Below, one piece after another: positions 55,501-61,546 of a stretch of DNA of 61,546 nt (its first letter is position 1; each line of letters starts with the position of its first letter). Under the pieces are notes generated by a model that did no database searches, was not told the origin of the DNA, and saw only the letters and a program-made list of their open reading frames with translations. Made by a program: the position numbers and the translations under genes. Source of the stretch: Enoplolaimus lenunculus (Eukaryota); NCBI GenBank assembly GCA_030248215.1, contig JASANG010002125.1:434001-495546 (forward strand). Direction: 5' to 3'.

Positions 55501-58500
55501 AAACCTATAGTCGCTTAACTATAAGCTTGAACATTTTACAAGCAAGTATTTTGGTCATTTTTCTTTAAAATTTTACGACTCGGTTAGCTTTAGCTCATAA
55601 CTTTAACGCGAGGTCGTTCCGTAATACCATGGGTTGAATTATGAGAATTCAAGCAGAGAAACAATGAGATAGAAATGAGTTCATGTGGTAATAATTGTTC
55701 GTTTTTTAACTCAGCGGCTTGTTTTGGAATTCTATGCTAAAATCTTGCATTTGCATACAGAACAAAATATCTGAAAACAAAGCAAGCATGTAAACAAATG
55801 AACAACCAATTAATCAAAACAAACGAAGTATGAAATAAACAAATAAATCAATTACCGTACATACAAGCCATTATAAATCAATAACTCACAAAACCAACAA
55901 ATAAATAGCTAAAACACAAACACACTACATGTCAGTTGAATCTTCCGGCTCGTTTTCATCTTCCGATTGAAACTGTTGCTCAGTTGACTTTGATTCAAGA
56001 GCGAGATACTTAGAATGGGCAGGATTTGTTGGGTCAAATCTCTCGATCAACCGAGTATTTCTGAAAATACAGACACTTAAATTTTCTTCAGTTTTCACAA
56101 AGGGTCAAAAGTTTGAAGGATAATAGCCGACAAAAGGCCACGTTGTAACATATTTAAAATCATAGATTCTTATCAAGGCGCCACTGGATATCCGGCCCCG
56201 GCTCCGGCAAAAAATCGACATCCGGCTCCGGCATTTTAGCTTGCCGGATATTATTTTTAAAAAACTTCAAAAAATTTATACCATCATTCGTATTTTACGC
56301 CAAGTACCATCGGACGAACTGACTTACTTTACATATTTTTTCTGTAATACATGTAATGTTATTTTTGAATTTGATGGGTAACAATAACTCTGAAAAATCA
56401 GCAGTACATTCAGCGTAAAATGGGTCTATAAATAAGGAAGCAAAAATTTTAAAGTCTCGGTACTGAAGTGACCCGAATAACAGGGGGACTGATATTTATT
56501 TGGCCTCTCCAGAGGGCACCCCGTGTTATTCGGTTACGGACTGTTATTTTTTAACCCGCCCTACGCCACCGTTCGTTACTGATATATATCCGGTATTGCA
56601 ACCATCCACTGAATTAAACGTTTATTTGTCTTGTGTCAATAGCTTGAGCGACATAGCAAGGTTATACTTAGGAATCCACTTTCAAAACTTAAGTACGCTT
56701 TAAAGTTTCGAACTCAACTTTATTTGGTTCTTGAGTCATTTATGAGCTACAATTAGGGATAATGGACATTTATGAACTCTAATTATTGTTTAGGTACCCT
56801 ATCCGCTTTCAGACTCTTATTAGGAATGCGGACTCCAATTGATTGGACTCAAAATGGGGGCCCCTCCTCTTATTCGGGTCACTACAGTATCGGTCAATTT
56901 TTGGTCATCACCAAAAGACGTAAAATTTTCAAAAGAAATTATTTCTAGAGTCGGTTCCTAACCACCGAGACTTGCCAAACACCGAGATTTGCTGAGACTG
57001 AGACCCTGATTCCCATCCCTGATATTAGTCGACTTTGACCTACAGAAAACTGGATTCCCTTAAAGGGAACAGGAGCCAAGTGAATATTGCAACTGAACGC
57101 AACGCTACAAAAACGTAGAATAGTATAATAGGGGTCCTTGTTAAAGTGCTAAAAATGCATCGGTATGAGATGTTAAACTTTGTCGCGCAAACATTTTGGG
57201 TACCTTAAAGCGACGGAAGGAAAATTTGTAAGCAACGTTCTGACATCGGAATGCAATCTAATATTAATTTTTACTTCATTATCCGGCTCCGGCTGAATAC
57301 TAGATTATCCGGCTCCGGTTCCGTCAATTTTTGGAATCCGGTTCTACCCTGATTCTTCTATATACTTATCACGAATTTCGTTTCAAGAACCACTAAAATC
57401 AAACAAGCAACCACATTTCAGTTACAAAACCTGAATGTGGCAAAGATTAATAAGTCAACGTATCCTGCAAAAGTAAAGATTATTTAAGCCATCAGTAAAT
57501 AAAATAAAAGCAATTAATACTAACAACACTTTAGATGTTCTGTCACGCTTCTGATTTGAATTGTCACGCCCCAACAAGTTCTCAATAACAGCCTTATGAC
57601 GTTTGACCTCCGATTCTATTTCATTTTCACACTCTGCTAAACCACAATATAATATTGAACGAATATCTATGCCAGATTAGACAAAACCTATTTTACAGAA
57701 TAAAAATTTTACATAAATACACAAGTGAAAATTTTGAAAAACTTCAAATAAAATTTTAAAAGATAAAACTATCATTCGTCATGTTATACTGCGGCATTAA
57801 AAGGTACTACCTCTTGACAATGTTAGAACTGATATAATAAGTATTACCTTTAAATATTTTACACATTATCAATTGTTCGCTTTGTATCATTTAGCAACTT
57901 AATATTTAACATACTACAGATAACATGATTTAACCTAAACAAACCTGAGGTATCCTTGCGCTTTTTTGGCGCATTCGCAAAACGTTCGTCTAGCCTGAAC
58001 CTCGGATCACCGCCATATGATGCCTCAATGTGTTTTCGCTGGAATTAAAACGAGACAACAAAATACAGGGTTCATTTAAAATAATGATTAGAAGTATGCT
58101 AATCGTACAAAATTCTGTCTACCAGTCGTAGTGGGACTACATTTATTGAGCGAAGCTCGAACACACGTAAGCAATTAAGGTTTTATGCAAATTAGTTATT
58201 AGCTAACTATTCATTTATCGGTTTTGGAGGTGTGTAAGCAATTTCCTCAGATTCCTCGCACCCAAAAACCTTCAGTGAACCCTAAAAATTATTGAAATAG
58301 TTTAAAAAGTCCTAGTTTTGTCTTGTCAATTAAGCTATTATGCAAATTAGTTAATAGCTAACTATTCAATTATCGGTTTTGGATGTTTGTAAACTATTTA
58401 TTCAAATTCCTTGCACCTAAAAACCCTTTAGTGCTGAAATTATATTGCTTTTAACCTTAATAATTAGTGAAATATTGTAAAAAGTCCTAATTTAGGCTTA

Positions 58501-61310
58501 TAACCTTGCTAATATGCAAATTATCTATTAGCTAACTGCTCAATTATCGATTTTGGAGGTTTGTAAACAGCCTACGCAGATTCCTCGCGCCCAAAAACCC
58601 TTTAATGCTAAAATTAGATTGCTTCTAACTGTAATAATTAGTGAAATATTGTGGAAAGTACTAACTTAGGCTTAATTATGCAAATTAGCCTGTAGCTAAT
58701 AAAAGGCTCCAAATTTTAAAACCCCAATGCGACGTTAACACCCCAGGATAATTGGCTTTCAAACAAAAAAAGTTTATCAAAATCGGTTCAGCTGTTCCTG
58801 AGATTCTTTTCGGACGGACAGACGGACATACACCTTTCGACCCCCAAGTACAAGACATAAAAAGCTTCGCGAAACTCCGAGCTTCGCTCGGAGTTTCGCT
58901 TTGCTCAATAAGCAAACTTTATGTAAGCTGCGATTCACACATTTGTGGTATGTGTTACGGTCATTATTAACAAGGATTCATTAAACCCAAATATTAAAAG
59001 TATATGATTATTATACCAGATTGCGTGTAGAAGTAAATGTTATGCAAGTTATTTCTAAACAGTACATCACCCATTTATAGTACGCGCTGCGGTTATTATC
59101 AACATGGCCAGACGTCCAACCGAACCAGGTTTGTATACGATGGCTTTTGAGATAAACTTACTTCAATGTGCTCTTCCGATAATTTTAGTTCTTCTAAATC
59201 GTGACAGGCGTCGTTGCTATTGATGAATAAATCTTTTTTACGATTTGACACCTGCAATTGATTCATGCGAACTAAAGAATAAACGTGGCGCAATACTTTT
59301 TAAAAATCTAATATCATACGGTGATATCGTAGAAGGGTGACACATGGCTGCGAGCAGTGCTGCACTACCAGTGTTGCGCCATCCTAAGACTACATAGTCA
59401 ACCTCATCAATACATAGAAAAGTTCAAGATAAAAATTCCGCAAAAGCTACCAGTCAAATGTTTTTGCTATCAAATGTCAAAAGCATGTAGGCTTGAAACC
59501 AAAATGAATTTTGGCGTTCTAACTGGTGTGTTTACAACATTAACAACGATAAAATAGAGTACAAGTGAACTTTTCGGTAACAAGTATTTTATGTTTTCCG
59601 GTTCCGGCTCCGGTATTTTTTAACTTACCGGTTTATGTAAATTATAATTCCGATTGCACCCTGATATATTACCAAACAATTAAAACAAATTTTCATATGT
59701 TTTATACAAACATACCTGGCCCGTTTGATCTTCACCGTCTGATTCAAATGTTACATGTCGACCAGACGTATTTGGTTGGTCCTAAAAATCATGAAATATC
59801 TGTAATCCGTATCTATGAATGTTAAAGCATATTACTCTTACTACTTCTACTATATATCAATTTATAAAAGGTACTAGAGATGTGCCGATTAACCGGCATC
59901 GGCAATAATCGGCACTTTTCGTGAGTATCGGCTTTGGCACTGCCAAAAAATTGCCGATACTTTGGCGATACTTTTTGCACATAAAAGTCAGTTGGAATGC
60001 TATCAATTTCACTCCTTTGCATATATCAGTCTGTCTGATCAGTGAAACCGTTATCTTTCCCGAGTTTGTGTGTAAACATTAATTTAAATGTACCTTTCCC
60101 ATAAAATGATAATCGGTTCTGGTGCTTAGAGTTTAAGCCTTTGCATAATGCTGTAAAGTTGTAATCGGCATCGGTTCGGCACCGGCAAATGTTCCAAATA
60201 AGAGCCGCATCGGTATCGGTAAAAATTTTGGTAACGGCATATCCACAAAAGGTACTCACGAATTAGGGATGTACCGATATCAAAATTTTTGCCGATGCCG
60301 ATTCTTATTTTGAAATTTTGGCGATGCCGAACCGATGCCGATTCCAAATTTAGTGTACCATGTTTAATAAACAAATAAGATATTACATTACATTATTATA
60401 TGAAGACTTAACTAACCATCAAAAACAATTATACTTTATAAGAATGGTTAATTTCAATTAATTTAACACAAACGCAAGATAACAATTTTCCTGAGCAGAC
60501 ACAATGGTATGCGCCCAAAAATGAAATTCATAGCAATCCGACTGACTGTTATGTAGAAAACGTATCGGAAAAGAATCGGCAATTTTTTGCAGTGCCGATG
60601 CCGATGCTCACAAAAAGTGTATAACTAACAGGGTCCAACAAGAACTAATTCTTTAATTCTTGACGGAACAGAAATTGAATTTTTCGCCCGCACAATAACC
60701 GAAACCGGAATTTAAACATCACCGAATAACTTTTACTTTTTAGTAAACTAAAGAAAAGCGTGTCTAAAGCATGTTTTTCGTGATTTTTTTCGTTTTAAAG
60801 ACAAAGTATTTTAGTGTTTAAATAACTTGACGCAACGCAGTGAAAATTCCGGTACATGTTATTGTGCAAGGCGGAGCAGGAACAAGAATCGATTTTTTGA
60901 AGGAATTCCTGTGAAACACTGATAACTGAATATCAACAGTCCACGAGTAGGGTCCTACTACGCAGAATTATCGACTAAAACAGGAACCCAAATCGCATCT
61001 TTTTCAAAACTGGAATTCGATTCGAAATTAGTTTTGATAAAAATGATCACTGCTATACAACCTACCTACAAACTAATCAAAACCATGTCTTAAAGAAATT
61101 TTTAGCGATTTCCGCATCAAGTTTCAACATAAAAGTTTCAACGACACTCTGTCTTGCAAAGGCGGAACAATCATACCATGTTTTGGATAGCCATTTTTAT
61201 AAGATTTTGTTTCTTTTTAAAATCATCAATCTTCCGCCGCACACTTGCAGCTCTAAGCTGCTCTGAACGATCGCTTTTACCCATAACTGCGGATTCCAAT
61301 TTTGGCCTTT
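52444..61310 (-). CDS. NOL8: Nucleolar protein 8-like (C-terminal region); 5' part probably beyond the window end
   Basis: Exons 61310-61177, 59781-59716, 59251-59162, 58038-57945, 57636-57525, 56060-55929, 55383-55148, 54806-54653, 53846-53773, 53404-53322 join in frame, followed by a last exon at 52515-52444 or 53106-53035. Motifs occur in NOL8 order: KQNLIKMAIQNMD, HVTFESD, YGGDPRFRLDERF, RFDPTNPAH, LSKDRFYRV, SFSVL, IFFEEDDPRL, RWKKHR. Confidence 0.78.
53322..53404 (-). CDS. NOL8: NOL8-like exon
   Basis: ctatag|AAINTFRRTDDIEIIRKRWKKHRCALIK|gtaaac. Confidence 0.82.
53773..53846 (-). CDS. NOL8: NOL8-like exon
   Basis: tttcag|KPEQNVKNLNCNGIFFEEDDPRLK|gtaatt. Confidence 0.83.
54653..54806 (-). 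CDS. NOL8: NOL8-like exon
   Basis: tttcag|AKPDENETAPQTTNVCTKLPAWQLELLQSGKGSNDSSDTSDVDSIMGENLE|gttatt. Confidence 0.8.
55148..55383 (-). CDS. NOL8: NOL8-like exon
   Basis: tttttag|DELSHKGAAMLNS...LSKDRFYRVERTFLEEM...GSFSVLKLLGRKDCQ|gttagt. Confidence 0.85.
55929..56060 (-). CDS. NOL8: NOL8-like exon
   Basis: ttttcag|NTRLIERFDPTNPAHSKYLALESKSTEQQFQSEDENEPEDSTD|gtagtg. Confidence 0.83.
56463..56887. mobile_element. Tc1/mariner-like MITE, inverted copy
   Basis: TA|CTGAAGTGACCCGAATAA...TTATTCGGGTCACTACAG|TA. Confidence 0.88.
57525..57636 (-). CDS. NOL8: NOL8-like exon
   Basis: gtttag|AECENEIESEVKRHKAVIENLLGRDNSNQKRDRTSKV|gttagt. Confidence 0.82.
57945..58038 (-). CDS. NOL8: NOL8-like exon
   Basis: ttccag|RKHIEASYGGDPRFRLDERFANAPKKRKDTS|gtttg. 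Confidence 0.88.
58143..58911. mobile_element. Helentron/DINE-like non-autonomous element
   Basis: 14-bp inverted ends TTATTGAGC(G/A)AAGC; internal 155-174-bp tandem repeats; GGAC/AGAC microsatellite; perfect 14-bp terminal stem-loop at 58869-58899. Confidence 0.7.
59162..59251 (-). CDS. NOL8: NOL8-like exon
   Basis: ttgcag|VSNRKKDLFINSNDACHDLEELKLSEEHIE|gtaagt. Confidence 0.78.
59716..59781 (-). CDS. NOL8: NOL8-like exon
   Basis: tttttag|DQPNTSGRHVTFESDGEDQTGQ|gtatg. Confidence 0.82.
61177..61310 (-). CDS. NOL8: NOL8-like exon
   Basis: RPKLESAVMGKSDRSEQLRAASVRRKIDDFKKKQNLIKMAIQNM|gtatga; acceptor weak. Confidence 0.75.
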
Positions 61311-61369
61311 CTAGTTAACTTGTTATATATACTTGACATACACTTAATATTGTACACCTTTTAAGGATT

Positions 61370-61546
61370 CTGAAAACCGAAGATGGAAATGAGAACCCCT
61401 ACTTGTAATTGTAAAAAGTAAGATACAACGGGAGAACCACAATTTGTAATTGAGAACACTGAGGATGTAATCGAAAATCCCAACTTGTAATTGAGAAAAC
61501 CGCAGATGCAATTGAGAAAACCGAATATCTACAATTGACAAAACCA
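61370..61546 (+). repeat. Degenerate tandem repeat of about 20 bp (TTGTAATTGAGAAAACC core), runs off the window
   Basis: Recurring TGTAATTGAGAA / GCAATTGAGAAAACCG. Confidence 0.65.

Overview
Eukaryotic, intron-rich, AT-rich DNA, very probably from a nematode. Evidence: TTTTCAG/TTTTAG acceptors, dispersed TTAGGC telomere-type repeats, and a SLO-1 C-terminus ending [11 protein letters not shown]. Three multi-exon genes were reconstructed by hand from GT-AG junctions with consistent phases. (1) slo-1/KCNMA1 BK potassium channel, + strand, 5'-truncated, 1366-28635. It has a pair of 113-nt mutually exclusive RCK1 exons separated by an intron that can fold into a G-U-rich long-range stem, two further frame-preserving cassette exons, and an E374Q-equivalent change at the Mg2+ site. 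(2) A complete GNS-type N-acetylglucosamine-6-sulfatase, + strand, 34152-49011. Its last exon unexpectedly adds a transmembrane helix and a tail with an ExxxLM sorting motif; two competing upstream acceptors would give soluble forms. (3) A NOL8-like nucleolar protein, - strand, 5'-truncated, about 52444-61310. Introns and intergenic DNA are packed with non-autonomous DNA transposons: hAT-like (8-bp TSD), Tc1/mariner-like (TA), CACTG-ended (2-bp TSD), a group with 6-bp TSDs carrying TTAGGC repeats or a 2.9-kb CTGTCCNN satellite, and a Helentron/DINE-like element. There are also several minisatellites and an array of covarying hairpins. Most ORFs in the supplied track, including the 985-aa one, are spurious. 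All homology statements come from recalled protein sequences, not database searches.
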